Counted from the stretch's first letter, positions 26,001-39,272 are shown. The stretch is DNA of 64,000 bases from Azolla caroliniana (GCA_043228905.1 JBHGNT010000011.1:21018001-21082000), one strand, 5' to 3'. Made by a program: numbers and translations. Notes: generated by a model from the letters alone, not told the origin.

Positions 26001-29000
26001 CTATGTGTTAATCTCTGCGACTGCTTTAACCTCCCTGTTGTGCTATTGTCTCTATCCTAATCTCTTGGTTAATTCTTTGCCAAGGATTTGCCAATTCTGT
26101 TATTAGGGAGTAGAATATTGTAGAATACTATGTTTTCCATTGTATTGTTTTTTATCAATTAAGAGGGAAATACCGTTGCCTCTTTAACCCAGTCTTTGGC
26201 GCACTAATCAACGTAATTGTTGCTCTATGGACCGTAAATCAACAAAGAAAATAGACTCTGATGATACATAGGACAAAAAAAACTGAAAACAACAAAATAC
26301 ACAGTACACGAGTTATATGTGGAATCCCTAAAACAGGGAAAAACCACGGGACAACAGATCTTCACTATATAACAGAGATACAAGAGGAAAATCAGATTAC
26401 AACATACTCTAATGAACAGAGTATTCACCACTTAGGGTTTTGGCAAGTTCACCTAACTATGCCTATACTACTACCTCTGTTGTCTCCTTCCTTCTCTCTG
26501 CAGCAATACTATACTCACTCTACACAGTTCTGCTATTTCCTCTCTTCTATCACGTCCCAAAGTTTGCCCTAGCTACTCATATTTATAGGATGAATAGGTT
26601 ATTATTATTATATAATAATAATCATTCGGTTGACTGATCGACTTGACTGTCCAACCCACAGGTCAACAATCTAGTCGATTTGACTAGTCGACTCCTATGT
26701 CGACTATCTAGTTGGTTTGATTGGCAAACTCTGTCTTTGACCATCAGGTCGGCTTTGTCTTCGACCTTGGATCATCCATCCAATACAGTGGACTACCAAG
26801 TCGACTCGCTGGTCAATCCGATCGACCATCCCGAATTTGGCTCGTCAACTCCTCTAATTCAACTGCGACTTCTCCCATTAGGAGGGACAGAATCCTAACA
26901 AACTCTCTCTTCACTCTTGTAGGGAGAGTCGGCCAATCCCATCTTCTGTCATCAATATGGATCTTCACAAGGGTAAACTCTTCCTCATCCACTTTCTCTC
27001 CTATCCAGTGATACCTTCTCTGTATATGCTTGGTCCGAGAGTGGTAAGCAACGTTCTTGGCTAGATGTATGGCACTCTAATTATCACAGTGGAATAGGAA
27101 TTTTTCTTGTTTCATTCCTAATTTGTTGAGAAAATTCTTCGTCCATATCACCTCCTTTCCAGCCTCTATTGCAGCCATATATTCTGCCTTTGTGGTCGAC
27201 AAAGCCATAGCCTTTTGCAATCTTGACTACCATGACATTGCTCCTCTTGCATAGGTCATCACATAACCTGATGTGTATTGACTAGAGTCTACATCCCCTG
27301 ACATGTTTGAGTTGGTAAAGCCTTTGAACATTGGTTTTCCGAAACCATACCTAAGACATACCTTTGAGGTGCCTTTCAAGTACTTGAGTCCATTTTACAA
27401 TTGCCCAATGTTCTCCTCTTGGATTACTCATGTATTGACTCACCGTTCCGACCATAGCATACATCAAACTACCAACGACCGAGGTATATGGAACTTACTT
27501 TCTTTATCTCAGCCTTGTCCTTTTCACTTTTCGGACATTGCCTAGCATTCAACTAGCAATTCGTCGGCAATGCAGACCCTACCGGTTTTGCTTCCGACAT
27601 GTTAAATCTTTCCAAAACCTTTGTCACATACTTCTCTTGTGACAACCATAGCACATTCTTAGTTCTGTCTCGAACTATGTGCATCCCCAAGATTTGCTTT
27701 GCCGGTCCAAGATCTTTTATGGCAAATGACTTGCTTGGGGCTTTCTTCAAGCTTGCAATCTTCTTGGTGTCTTGTCCGACCACTAACATGTCATCCACAT
27801 ATAGCAAGAGAATCAAGAAGTCGCCTTCATTGTACCTTTTGATAAACACACAATGATCAACTTGTGTTTTATGGAATCCATGTTCCAAAATGAAGGATTC
27901 AAACTTCTTATACCATTGCCGTGGAGCTTGGTTTAGACCATACAAGCTCTTCCTTAGTCGACACACCAGATTCTCTTTTCATTTCTCCACAAAACCTTCA
28001 GGCTGCTGCATCTAGATTTCTTCATCTAATTCCCCATGCAAGAATGCTGTTTCGACATCCAATTGCCTTATTTCTGGATTCATACTGGCAACTATGCTCA
28101 AAACAGTCCGGATGGATGTCATCGTTACAACTGGTGCAAAAATCTCATCAAAATCGCCCCCCTTCTTCTACTGAAACCCCTTTACCACGATTCGAGCCTT
28201 GTATATGGGTGAGCTGCCATCTTCCCCATTTTTCAACTTGAAGAACCACTTATTTCTCAAGGCTCTCTTACCATTCGGCAGCTCCACCAAGTCGTAGGTG
28301 TAATTTTCATGCAAGGAGTCCATCTCATCTTGCATTGCACTTTGCCACTTCTTCTTGTGCTCATCTGCCATGGCTTCTTTGGATGGATGTCATCGTTACA
28401 ACTGGTGCAAAAATCTCATCAAAATCGACTCCCTTCTTCTACTGAAACCCCTTTACCACGATTCGAGCCTTGTATATGGGTGAGCTGCCATCTTCCCCAT
28501 TTTTCAACTTGAAGAACCACTTATTTCTCAAGGCTCTCTTACCATTCGGCAGCTCCACCAAGTTGTAGGTGTAATTTTCATGCAAGGAGTCCATCTCATC
28601 TTGCATTGCACTTTGCCACTTCTTCTTGTGCTCATCTGCCATGTCTTCTTTGGATGGATGTCATCGTTACAACTGGTGCAAAAATCTCATCAAAATCGAC
28701 TCCCTTCTTCTACTGAAACCCCTTTACCACGATTCGAGCCTTGTATATGGGTGAGCTGCCATCTTCCCCATTTTTCAACTTGAAGAACCACTTATTTCTC
28801 AAGGCTCTCTTACCATTCGGCAGCTCCACCAAGTCGTAGGTGTAATTTTCATGCAAGGAGTCCATCTCATCTTGCATTGCACTTTGCCACTTCTTCTTGT
28901 GCTCATCTGCCATGGCTTCTTTGTAGCATTTTGGCTCATCTTCATCAGTCAATAGAACATATTGACTGGAGTATCGAGATGGTGCTGGATGTGTTTGTAG

Positions 29001-32000
29001 ACTCTTCGTTCGGCTCGGGTTCATACATGTTGACTGGTTTCTGAAGGTTGACCGACTCGTCTCGTATGCCTCAATTGATCTTTGTAGGTCAGCCGACTCT
29101 GACTCATATGTATCAGTCGGTTGCTCCGAGTCGACTAATTCGGAATCGGCTGTGTTGACTATCTGTGTTCGAATAGTCGATTGTGTAGAGTTGACTAGTC
29201 CCAAGTCCATAGAAGTGGGAGTCTTTGATCGTCTTGTCTTACATAAATAATATGTCTTGACTCCTCACCACTTTCATGTTGAGTACATCCCACAACCTGT
29301 AGCCGAATTCATCCTCAGAGTACCCCACAAATATGCATGGTTTCAACTTGCTTTCGAGCTTCGAGCTTTGATCCTTTGCAGCATGCATATACGACAAGCA
29401 TCCGAACAGCTTCAAGTGTTGATAGGAGACATCTTTACCTGTCCATACCCGTTGTGGGACATCACCTTTCAGGGGCATTGAGGGAGACCTGTTGATCAGA
29501 TAGACTGCGGTGAGCATAGCTTCAGCCCAATACAACTTTGGAAGCTTTGCATGTGACAACATGCTCCTCACTCTTTCCATTATTGTTCGATTCATCCTCT
29601 TTGTAGGACCATTCAGTTCAGGGGTTTTAGGCACTGTATATTCGAGCCTTATGCCTTGTGTCTTGCAATACTCCTCGAACTATCCTTTGTACTCGCCACC
29701 ATTGTCAGTTTGGACAGCCTTCAACTTTCTTCTAGACTCTTTCAGCTCTGGCCTGAAATTCCTTAAAGACCGACAACACTTGGTCTTTTGACTTTAGCAC
29801 GAAAGGCCACAACTTTCTGCTATAGTCGTCAAGGAATGTCACAAAGTACTGTCCACCATGATGCGATGGAGCATCCACATAGCACACATCTGTGTGGACC
29901 AGTTCTAGTTCACATTCTCTTCTCTTTGGTGGTCTTGGGTGAAATGCAGCTCTGTTTTGCTTTCCGACCAGGCAATCTACATATTTTTCAAGATTCACCC
30001 CTTTCACTTCTGGAAGAAGTTTCTTGTCGGCCAGAATATGCATGCCTCTCTCACTCATGTGACCAAGTCTCTTATGCCATAGCTCCCCATTTGAGTCGGC
30101 TGCCACATTTGCTTCATCCTTGCACAACTTGGCATGCATGACATACAATGTCGCCTGTTTCTGTGCCCGGGCCACTATGAGACTTCCCTTAAAGAACTTC
30201 CACATGCCGTTTTGAAAACTACCATTGTAGCATTCATCGTCCAATCTTCTAATCAATATCAAGTTCAACTGATATCGGGCACATGTTGAACATCCCTTAG
30301 GGTCAGTCTACAACCAATCGATGTTTTTAGACATACACTCCCAATGCCGGCTATCTTGCATACTCCATTATCTCCCATCTTTACATAGCCATGGTCGCCG
30401 GCTGTGTAAAATGAAGAACATTCTCTCGAGGGAGTTAAATGGAACGATGCACCGGAGTCAATCAGCCAAGTGCACTCTTCATTTGTGAGGTTTACACTCG
30501 CTTGCTCGCAAATGAACAAGAGCTCTTCTTCACTTGTAGCCATGGCTGAAGTGCCCTTCACCTCAGAAATCTTTCTGGGTTCGACATCGTTCGAAGCACC
30601 TTTGCCTTTCTTAATGTGTCGACAGTCCTTCTGCAAGTGTCCAGGTTTTGCACAGTAGAAGCATGTAACCTTTCCTCTGGACTTGGATCTGACATGAGAC
30701 TTGTCTCTCTTTTGTGGACTTCTTTGCTTGCTTCTTCCTCTGCTGAGATGTTGTGCCACATTTGCCTCCGACTGGGACAGGACACCCTTGTCCTTCCTTC
30801 TTGTCTCCTCATTTAGGATACTTGTCTTTATCACTTGTAAAGACAAATTTTCTTCTTGGCACGAGGTACTGAGAGACACCATCAGGTTCTCCCAGCTGCC
30901 CGGCAGGGTACACAGCAGCAGTAGGGCCTCTAGAGCGTCGTCTTGGGGAAACTTTGCCGCAGCAAGCTGATTTACTAACCCCATGAAGGTGTTGATGTGT
31001 ACTACTATGCTTTCTCCATCTCTGTACTTGAGTCTTACGATCTTTCTCATAAGAGAGGCTTTCCTGAGGGCATTTTTCCTTTCGTACAACCCTGACAGTT
31101 TGTGCCACATTTCGTAGGCATTTGTCTCGTTAGCAACATGATGTAGGACACTCACATCTACACACTGTCTAATGGTGGCCACAACCTTCCTGTTTAGGAG
31201 TTTCCACTCAGACTCCAACACTCCTGTGGGTATTTCACTCCTGTCTATGGGCTCGTATAGGTCTTTGACTATCAGAAGATCTTCCATCTTGATCTTCCAG
31301 TCTGTGAAGTTGTGTGAGTTCAAGACTATCATTCCTGGGAAACCCTCACACACCCTTCCATCTTGCACCTCAAGCTCTGATACCAGTTTGTTGCGCTATG
31401 GACCGTAAATCAACAAAGAAAATAGACTCTAATGATACACAAGATAGAGAGAAAAAAACAGAAAACAGCAAAATACACAGTACACGAGTTTTATGTGGAA
31501 ACCCTAAAACAGGGAAAAACCACGGGACAACAGATCTTCACTATATAACAGAGATACAAGAGGAAAATCAGATTACAATATACTCTAATGAACAGAGTAT
31601 TCACCACGTAGTGTTTGGCAAGTTGACCCCTAGCTATGCCTATACTACCTTCATTGTCTCCTTTGTTCTCTCTGCTGCAATACTATACTCACTCTACACA
31701 GTTCTGCTATTTCCTCTCTTCTATCACGTCCCAAAGTTTGCCCTAGCTACTTATATTTATAGGATGAATAGGTTATTATTATTATATAATAATAATCATT
31801 TGGCTGACTGATCGACTCGACTGTCCAACCCACTGGTCGACAGTCTAGTCGATTCCTATGTCGACTATCTAGTCGGTCCAATTGGCAACTGTCTTTGACC
31901 ATCAGGTCGGCCCGACTAGTCGGCCTTCTCTTCGACCTTGGATCATCCATCCAATACAGTCAACTACCAAGTTGACTCGCTGGTCGATCTGATTGATTTC

Positions 32001-33171
32001 GAATTCGGCTTGTCAACTCCTCCAATTCGACTGCCGCTGCTCCCATTAGGAGGGACAAAATCCTAACAATAATGGAATATGAGGACCAATGGTTCTTGGG
32101 GTTGTTCTTGCTAGAACTCAAGAACATAGGGAGAAGTTGTTGAAGGACAGCAATACAACCACACGAGCTCATCAACAGAGAACAATCACAATTTTCTTTA
32201 GACCCATCTCTCCTAATGCTACAAGTCAATCAAGGGCTACGCAAGTGGACTCCCAACCAGGACATTGCCAAGGTGTTACAATAGATTGGGCAATAGCAAT
32301 TTGTCGTGCACATGGGCCTCAATCTTATGACCTCACCACCTTGTCATTGATACATAAAGGGCATTATGGCCCACCATCGTAGGTGCTTCCTCACTTAAGA
32401 GATCTCTCCATTCTGGATCGACCTATGCTTGAGATCTCTGTTTGATAGGACTTGCACTCTAAAGAGTGAATGACAGGGATATGAATGAAAGAGATGGAGA
32501 ATACAAAAGTTTCTTGCCAGCTACCCCATTAAGTGTAGTCGATAGAGAATGTTAGAGCTAATGAAGTAGATGGGTTAGCTGCTAGGACTAATACTGTGAC
32601 ATATCTTCATCTACACTCGTATAAGCACGTGAACTAGAGTTCCCTCAGTATCATTTATCCTTGGTGCTTTGCGAATATAACATAATCTATCCACTCTGTT
32701 GTTTCTCTGCGCTAATTTATTGTATGTATTCTATATTATCTGCGCTATATTTAACAAATCTCAACCATGTAAGTTCAGGATTGTGGTTTTATAGATGTTT
32801 GTCTTGGTCGAGATATATATCATTGTCATAGATATCGCACTTTGCGTCTAGTAGGCATATTGACCTGTTTTTGAGAATTAGGTAGGATGCTATGCATGTT
32901 GTTCTTGGTTGAGATATATTATCACCATTCATCATGGATGTACTTCGTGTTGCATTGGCCGTTTGGCTTGATCTTTCTTTTATTTTGTCATATCCCTGCC
33001 CCTTATTTCCCCCTTTTGTTATATCAGCTTGTAAAAGTGATACCTTTTGGTGTCCTGACTTTGTGGGTGTGTATTTATTATCCGTAATAATGGATGTTCT
33101 AATAATTCGTGTTTCAGGAATTGCCTACTGAAGATATTTTGCGGCGGATACTAATAAAACCAGAAAACCGA
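23049..33171 (+). CDS. PHD finger / ELM2-like / C-terminal Cys-Trp (CW-like) zinc-finger protein; terminal exon unresolved
   Basis: Exons 23049-24115, 25040-25127, 25208-25356, 25432-25522 and 33118-33171 are phase-consistent. C4HC3 PHD (CKIC...ICDECQEVFHFSC...WYCSSC), ELM2-like VRLGPAHQADVPIWTG, then NWLRC...CGKWRRAP...WECFC.MEWDPLHADCAVPQ|ELPTEDIL. The 7.6-kb intron 25523-33117 holds the copia element. Confidence 0.85.
25590..25710 (-). mobile_element. 3'-end fragment of RTE-type LINE family A
   Basis: Reverse strand reads TGTAACCTCTTGGTGAGTCTCATTGGTCATTTTGGTCTTTTAGAGATGC, similar to the 3' end at ~41875-41925. Confidence 0.55.
26085..26217 (+). mobile_element. LINE family A relic, left half (interrupted by the copia insertion)
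   Basis: Aligns by eye to the reverse complement of ~52505-52625 (ATTAGGGAGT.GAAT...TATGTTT.CCATTGTA.TGTTTT...AAGAGGG.ATA.C.TTGCCTCTT). Confidence 0.75.
26218..26900 (-). repeat. 3' LTR of the copia element (683 bp)
   Basis: TGTTGCTCTATGGACCG...AATCCTAACA; direct repeat of 31389-32068 with substitutions and indels. Adjacent purine tract AGAGTGAAGAGAGAG (minus strand, ~26903-26917) is the PPT. Confidence 0.92.
26905..31368 (-). pseudogene. Copia gag-pol polyprotein, disrupted by stops, frameshifts and a triplication
   Basis: Gag WKIKMEDLL, zinc knuckle CFYCAKPGHLQKDC, protease WLIDSGASFH, pre-integrase LWHKRLGHMS, integrase FVTFLDDYSRK...TPELNG...RMNRT, RT LRKSLYGL.QAPRQW...LLLYVDDMLV, and an RNase H remnant near 27000-27250. 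Confidence 0.93.
28110..28922. repeat. Near-perfect 3 x 271-bp tandem repeat inside the copia RT region
   Basis: Units start at 28110, 28381 and 28652 (GGATGGATGTCATCG...CATGGCTTCTTT). The ORF track shows three almost identical peptides. Confidence 0.97.
31374..31385 (-). other. Primer-binding site complementary to initiator tRNA-Met
   Basis: Minus strand TGGTATCAGAGC, 3 nt inside the 5' LTR. Confidence 0.92.
31389..32068 (-). repeat. 5' LTR of the copia element (680 bp)
   Basis: TGTTGCGCTATGGACCG...AATCCTAACA; direct repeat of 26218-26900. Confidence 0.92.
32069..32450 (+). mobile_element. LINE family A relic, right half
   Basis: ATGGAATATGAGGACCAATGG...GATCTCTCCATTCTGGATCGACCTATGCTTGAGATCT aligns to the reverse complement of ~52130-52505 and to ~41520-41760; reads MEYEDQ.FLGLFLLELK. 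Confidence 0.8.
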
Positions 33172-34139
33172 GTAAGTATTTAGCAATAGCAAAGGTGGCT
33201 GAGAAATATGTGGTATAGCCATGTCAATATGATTTTTCCCACCTGTAAATGAAGTGTTGGAGAGTTTCATCAAGGACAAATAATAGATTTAACTATAACT
33301 TCATGGATTTTTTTATAGGATTTTTTGTATATACCTGAATATCTTTTCTGAACCTGTGATACGTCCATGTTACAATAGAACCTTGGCGTTGAATCCACAT
33401 ACACATGAACATGCACATACGGATACACAGACACTTGTACAAGTGGAAAACCTCAATATGAGGTGAGAGCTCAGGAACAATGAAGAGAAATGAACAAGTG
33501 TCAATCATACACTAAAGGGCTTAGAAGCACTCAAAAGTATTAGTGTAAGTTTGTTTTAAGTGGGATGTTCTGAAGTCGTGGACTATACAATAGAGATCGT
33601 CTAAGGGATTGCTTCAAGAAGCTAACTTCACACATTTGGTTTTGACCAAGGATCGTACAGTTGTAGGCTATCGAGATGGTCCAAAGTGCCCAAACTTGAC
33701 CATTTGAGGAAATAGGAAATAGGGACAAGTGGCAGATCTGTTTTCGTCATGTGATTGGGTCACGGAGAGTTAGTTCAATTGGTTAAAGTGAATGTCTGCT
33801 CAATTCGTGTGTCACTTGGTTCAGACATACCCAAATTTACTTTTGGAAGGCTAATATGGAAAACATGAGGAGATACATCAAACTAGTGTCATGTGACTGG
33901 AACTGTTCTCATTTTAAGCCAGCTGTTTTGATGACCTAAGTACCTTTGCGTAAGAGGGAGCTCTTAAATTTGTTGGATACGAGTCACTGATCAAAATAAT
34001 CCTTGGTGACTATGGACTGCTCCTACCTGTACCAAAAATTAGCCTAGCCCTCGCGCCCTTGTACAGTGGCTTAGGCATTTTTCCACTTCTCCCAACTTGA
34101 GTTTGCTATTCTTATCATGCACCAATCCTGATATAGCAT

Positions 34140-34290
34140 GGATTGTCCACATCATCTAGCATGTATAGTTTTATTTACTTTGATTTGTTGTTCCCAAAGT
34201 CAAAAAGGCACTTTAGGATGTTATCATTGTTCTGTCTTATTTGGCCTCTTAAAAGATCTAACATAACTTTCTTTCTTTTTTCTCTCCTGT
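34140..34290 (+). mobile_element. 3'-end fragment of LINE family A
   Basis: ...GTCTTATTTGGCCTCTTAAAAGATCTAACATAACTTTCTTTCTTTT, the same 3' motif and pyrimidine tail as the other copies. Confidence 0.55.
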
Positions 34291-37200
34291 CACCCTTGCC
34301 ATTGAATCTCTTTATCTTGAAGAGACTCTTAGCATTGGTCAAGCCTGAAAATCAAATTCTAGAAATAGATTTTAGAACTTAAGAATTTCTGAAACTTTTG
34401 GCATAATTGTCTGCCTGGAGCTTTGAAATTAGTTTGGGAAAATTCTAAAAAACTATAATTTTCTGTAAAATTTTAAGTTTTTGTTACATACCAAAGTGGT
34501 AATGTATCAAAAATGCAATAGGATGGAAATACCAAATTTTGTAGTGTGCATGGAAATACATGCCCCATGTGGCACCAAAAACCTGTTGCAATAAATGCAA
34601 TTTCCCACCTGATTTGGGACTAAAGTTCAGGTTCAATCTTGAATATTACTGTTCAACTCTATAAAAACTTGTACGTGCTAGTAAATCTGAAGGCTTGGAT
34701 GTCAATTGGAAGGAGTTGCTAAGCCATTAACCCCAAATCTAGGATTTTGGGGTTTTGTGACATCAGTTTACTGAAGTTAGCACTTTGGCCACTTTGGTGG
34801 TGTGAACAAGATCAAAATGTCCAAGTGGCCCAAAGGATCAAAGTATAATACCTCTAGACAGCTCTGGAGAAGAGTTACTGCAAGGAAAGGTCAAAGGACA
34901 GACTTTTGGGGCTTTTACCCCCTAATGGCATTAACTGATAGGCCATGGGTCCATGCAGAATCTGTCCAAATAGCCAAAAGCTTTTCCCAAACCTTTGTGT
35001 AGGAAATCTTTTTATAAGAGATGTATTTAGTCTTTGTATAAATGCTTTGGTTAGTGAGCAGGTCCATAACAAGTGTAAGATTGTATAAATTTCTCCATTA
35101 AATCATGCACAATCTGATAAATTTCTCTTTCAAAGTTCCAACCAATTGGGAAACACACCCATTATGGATCTGCATAGGAATATCCTTTGCTTAATGGAAA
35201 ACCAGAGCTCCATATTCCAGTAAGCCTGTTTTTCCACCAAGACTATGATTTGTGGAAGTGCCAAAAACATTTACATGTTCTTAAAACTACAAGGAGTTCT
35301 CTGGTAACTACATACTAGATGTGTTGGAATCATAACCATTGGAATAACAGTATTGCCTTTGTTGAGCATCCAAAAATGTATAGTTTCTTCCTCAAAAATA
35401 ATTATTCCCCTGTTCGAGAACTCATAAGGTATTTGCCCAAACCAATAGATCCTGAGCTGAGCCTATGTTGGTATCAAGGTGTTGATCTGAATCTGGTGGA
35501 TGAAGGCAAAACTATTATTTTGTGCTTGAATTCTCTCAGTGGAACAGTTTTTCGCCGGAATATCTGTTTATGACTCTATGTAATTTGTGATGTCAGATGT
35601 GCATATGATCTGTATGGGACTAGCTGCTTCTAAATACATCCCTAACCTGGACACAGTAAAAGAGGGGATGCATACGTCCACAGTCCATTACTTCTGAATC
35701 CATTTGTTGTGGGAATAGGTAGAAGAGGGGAAGCATACGTCCACTTCCAACATATCTCTCACAATTGAGGAATATTTTATAAATTGGGATAAACAGTACT
35801 GCTTACAAAGTGAGAGTTCTCTTCCAGGATTAATTGATAAATCTATCAATTACTCTCTTCTGACAATCTCAATTGGGTGATGAAAGACCAATTCAAATCC
35901 TTGTGGTCTCATTTCTGTTGATGAAATGATTCCGGTGGGTGCGGGTGAATGAGATGTAATCATTGGGAATAGAACAGTAAAATAGCAGTAGGTACAGATA
36001 CGATTCTGAACGTGCAGTCGAAATTATCCCACCCAATGTGTCCACTCATAGATTCTGGATAGCTACATAAATCAAATGACCTATTGGTTTGAGCACCTAT
36101 TAGTTAATACGAGCACAAATTAATTATGGGACACATTTATTTGGTGATTTTTGACTTATAAGCTATCCATTAAATGCAGTGAATCAGATGTTGGCAACTT
36201 TGGAAAATTTGGAAGCAAAAGCATACAACAGCTTTTTGGACTCTTTTTGGGTGCAACAACCCTAAAATCTTCAACACAGAATGTACGAAGTGAACCAAGC
36301 ATTTTAATTTTAGAGACAAATCTCCTTTTCTTCCTTTCATAATTTTGCACCAATTCATGATATTGCCTTCTACCTTTGATTTATTGGCAGTGTGGCGAGG
36401 ACATGATGCGGTTATATGGAAAGATGTAGCTGAATGGAACGTTACTCCCTTATAACAAGCTTACAAGCACACGCTTTGTGCAGCGTGATTGTATCTAATT
36501 ATATATATTGTGTGCAGGCTTCTGTGAAGTGTATAATATCAGAGTGGGCATAGTGATTTTCTTATCATAGTGTTTTTCTCCCCCATTGATTCTAAATGAT
36601 AGTTGAAATTTGGGCCTTCCTTTTTCTTTCAAATGGTGGAGAATTCTGTAGAAGATAGCAAGGGCTCGAAATTGTGAATAAGTTATTTTATATAAACTCA
36701 AGAGAGGGCACTCTAGCACTGTATATACCAGTTAGTTCTCGGAATTTGTTAACCTGGTTAAGTGAAGAGGATAGATAGGTAAACAGATGTCTTATTAACG
36801 TCCATGGTATCTATGGAAGATACTTTTTATAAACTCAAGAAGGGCACCCAAGGGTGGCTAGCACTATATATATATACACACACACTTGTTAATCCTCCGA
36901 ATTTGGAACATAGTTGTACTAGAAGGGTACCAAACAAATTGCTCTTTAGTTTTGTTCTCATCCTATATGTAGTAACTTGAAATGGCAACCAACTTTTTGT
37001 CAGTAGTGTACCTGGTTTTTCATCTCTTGTTTGTTATTTCAAGTAATGGCAATGCTTGCTTGGTGGCCATGAAGCTCAAGATGGCAATGTTCCTAGATTG
37101 GTGAGAATCACAACTTTGTATGGAACTAGTGAAGCATGCATATGTTTTTGGCTTAGAGCGTGTAAGTGTATGTCTATAGATTCCAAGAAATGATTGTCTG

Positions 37201-39017
37201 ATGTTCAACATAGGAGAATGAGAACATTCCATGTCATGTATCAAAGGTTTATAATGTAAAATATTCATGTGTTTTAGACTCTTAAGAATTGAAGAAAGAA
37301 TGGAGGTGTTTCAACTCATGTTATTCCATTGTTGTCAGCAAGTGGAATAATGATCTAATGAATTGTAAAGGTGGCAATTTGATAAATAGTGATAGTTATT
37401 TGAATATATTGATAGTATGGATCTTAATTTCTGTAAGTTTAAGTGAGCTAAGTGTTGCTAATGATGTTCCTTTGTGTTGACAAACATGGATCTTGTTAAT
37501 CTATAGAGATGTTATGCACAAATTCTGCACATATTATAAAATAAGGTATGAAGCCAAAATCTTACTAACATTTATCATACCAGGCTCAGCAATAAGTCAT
37601 GCAACTTGTTTTTTATGTCTAAGAATACAAAAAAATATGGTCATTTTGTAGTTTATAATTTCAAATATTTGTCTTGGGGATTAGAAGGGTAAGATAATCG
37701 TCATCTTGAGCTAAATAGACCTTGCTGTGAAGCAAGAACCTCCAAAGAAACCATGAAGGAATAGAGATGGTTCATGAAGGGTTGGGGTTGGAGAACATTC
37801 TGTTTTTGTGGTTGATGTACAACCAGAACTAATAATATTAGATAACAAAACAAGGATTGTTAGCAAGAAGGCGAGAAAGAGGGATGAATTGATGAAATGT
37901 ATTATGTAATGCATGGAATGCATTTAGAAAAAATCAAATCATCATGGCATGGATTTAGCAGAGAGAGGTGTAAATATAATCATTTAAAAAAGGAAATTGG
38001 CAGCTCTCAGTTTACTAAGAAAAACTCCCACCTATCTTGATATGAATTGTGTAAATATGGTCAATGTGTGAATGTAGTAAAGACAACCTTGAACTAAGAT
38101 TGATGGAGATATATTGGAAACTATAGAGAATCTTAGGAAAATAAGTCTATACGTAACACAAATGGATTTGGTCATAGTAGTTGTGAATTCATACTCATGC
38201 TCTTTGTAATCACAATTCCCATCTCATTATATTCTATGTTTGTTGTGCTCGATGAAGTTTACATGTCATGTCTTTCCCTACTCTTTCTTCTGGGAATTTC
38301 AATTGAAATTTTTGACCAATACTATAGTAAACTACGAGTCTTTTATTTTGTGAGCCTCATTAAGGAACCAACATATGAGAATGTACACAAATTTCTTCCG
38401 ATGTATCACATTGGACCAATGGGTATCCCTTGGCCATGTCAAAATGCATTATACGAATATGATGAAGATTTGGTGTGTTCAAGTTTATGCATTGAAATGT
38501 ATTTTAAGACACAATGGAGTCAATGGTAATAGATAGAGTGGGTCTACATTGATATGCTCATGCTCAAATCCTATTGTGTCTGTAAGTTTTGTTTTACCAA
38601 ATAGAATTATTTGGGTTTTTTTTGGAACATACAAGAATGTCCATATGAATTGGATTCCTTGCTTGCTCATAGTTGGGTCCAAACATTTCTCAAATGTCTT
38701 TATCTAGATGTCACAAAGATATGTTGATCAAGTCACCTTTATTGGTAGCAAGTCGGGTCCGAAATGTTTGCCAAGTTGCATTTATTACTAGGGATCAAGT
38801 CTAAGGGGGATCAAAACCATTATTATTGGAAGGGGAGATGTGTGTATACTCCTCCACCTACATTTTCTCTCTCACAATGTTTCATACATCCATCTTGATG
38901 CACCAGACAAATTTATTAGGTCGATAAATTTTGTGAAGGGTTTCGAGTATTGTCAAGGCAAACTTCCAAAGCAGCAAAGGTTTAAAACTAGATGGTTCGA
39001 TTGGTGCCTGACAAGAG

Positions 39018-39097
39018 TTAGGGTTAGGGTTAGGGTTAGGGTTAGGGTCATAAAACTAGATGGTTTGATTGGCCCCTGATGCAAGTTAGGGTTAGGG
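39018..39097 (+). repeat. Interstitial (TTAGGG)5 + (TTAGGG)2 telomere-like repeats upstream of the EMSY-like gene
   Basis: TTAGGG x5 at 39018-39047 and x2 at 39086-39097, each preceded by a duplicated AAAACTAGATGGTT.GATTGG unit. Confidence 0.9.
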
Positions 39098-39272
39098 TTT
39101 CCGGACGAGTGGCACCGGAGAAGAAAGGAGGCGGCGGGAAGATGAAGCTTGGCTCTGGCTTTACCTATTTCTGGGCTTCTACTATTACTACTACTACAGT
39201 CTACTACTAGTACACATTACTCCTATACCACATCCATCCATCCGCTTTGTTCCACAGGTTTTACTTCTTTAC

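Larger units (their letters stand above)
26218..32068 (-). mobile_element. Full-length, decayed Ty1/copia LTR retrotransposon (Tnt1/Tto1-like), 5851 bp
   Basis: Two TG...CA LTRs, PBS and PPT, gag-PR-IN-RT-RH domain order, and a 5-bp target-site duplication with one mismatch (GTAAT 26213-26217 / ATAAT 32069-32073). Confidence 0.95.

Noticed and set aside
28110-28922. CRISPR-like or satellite array interpretation of the 271-bp repeats
   Set aside because: There are no unique spacers, the units are head-to-tail copies of copia RT sequence, and the context is eukaryotic
38000-38840. Possible copia RNase H end and polypurine tract
   Set aside because: Only weak hints (DMLIKSPL, AAGGGGGA tracts); no LTR pair or solid motif
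39018-39097. True telomere or chromosome-fusion scar
   Set aside because: Only 7 units, embedded in a local duplication in a gene promoter, with no head-to-head arrangement
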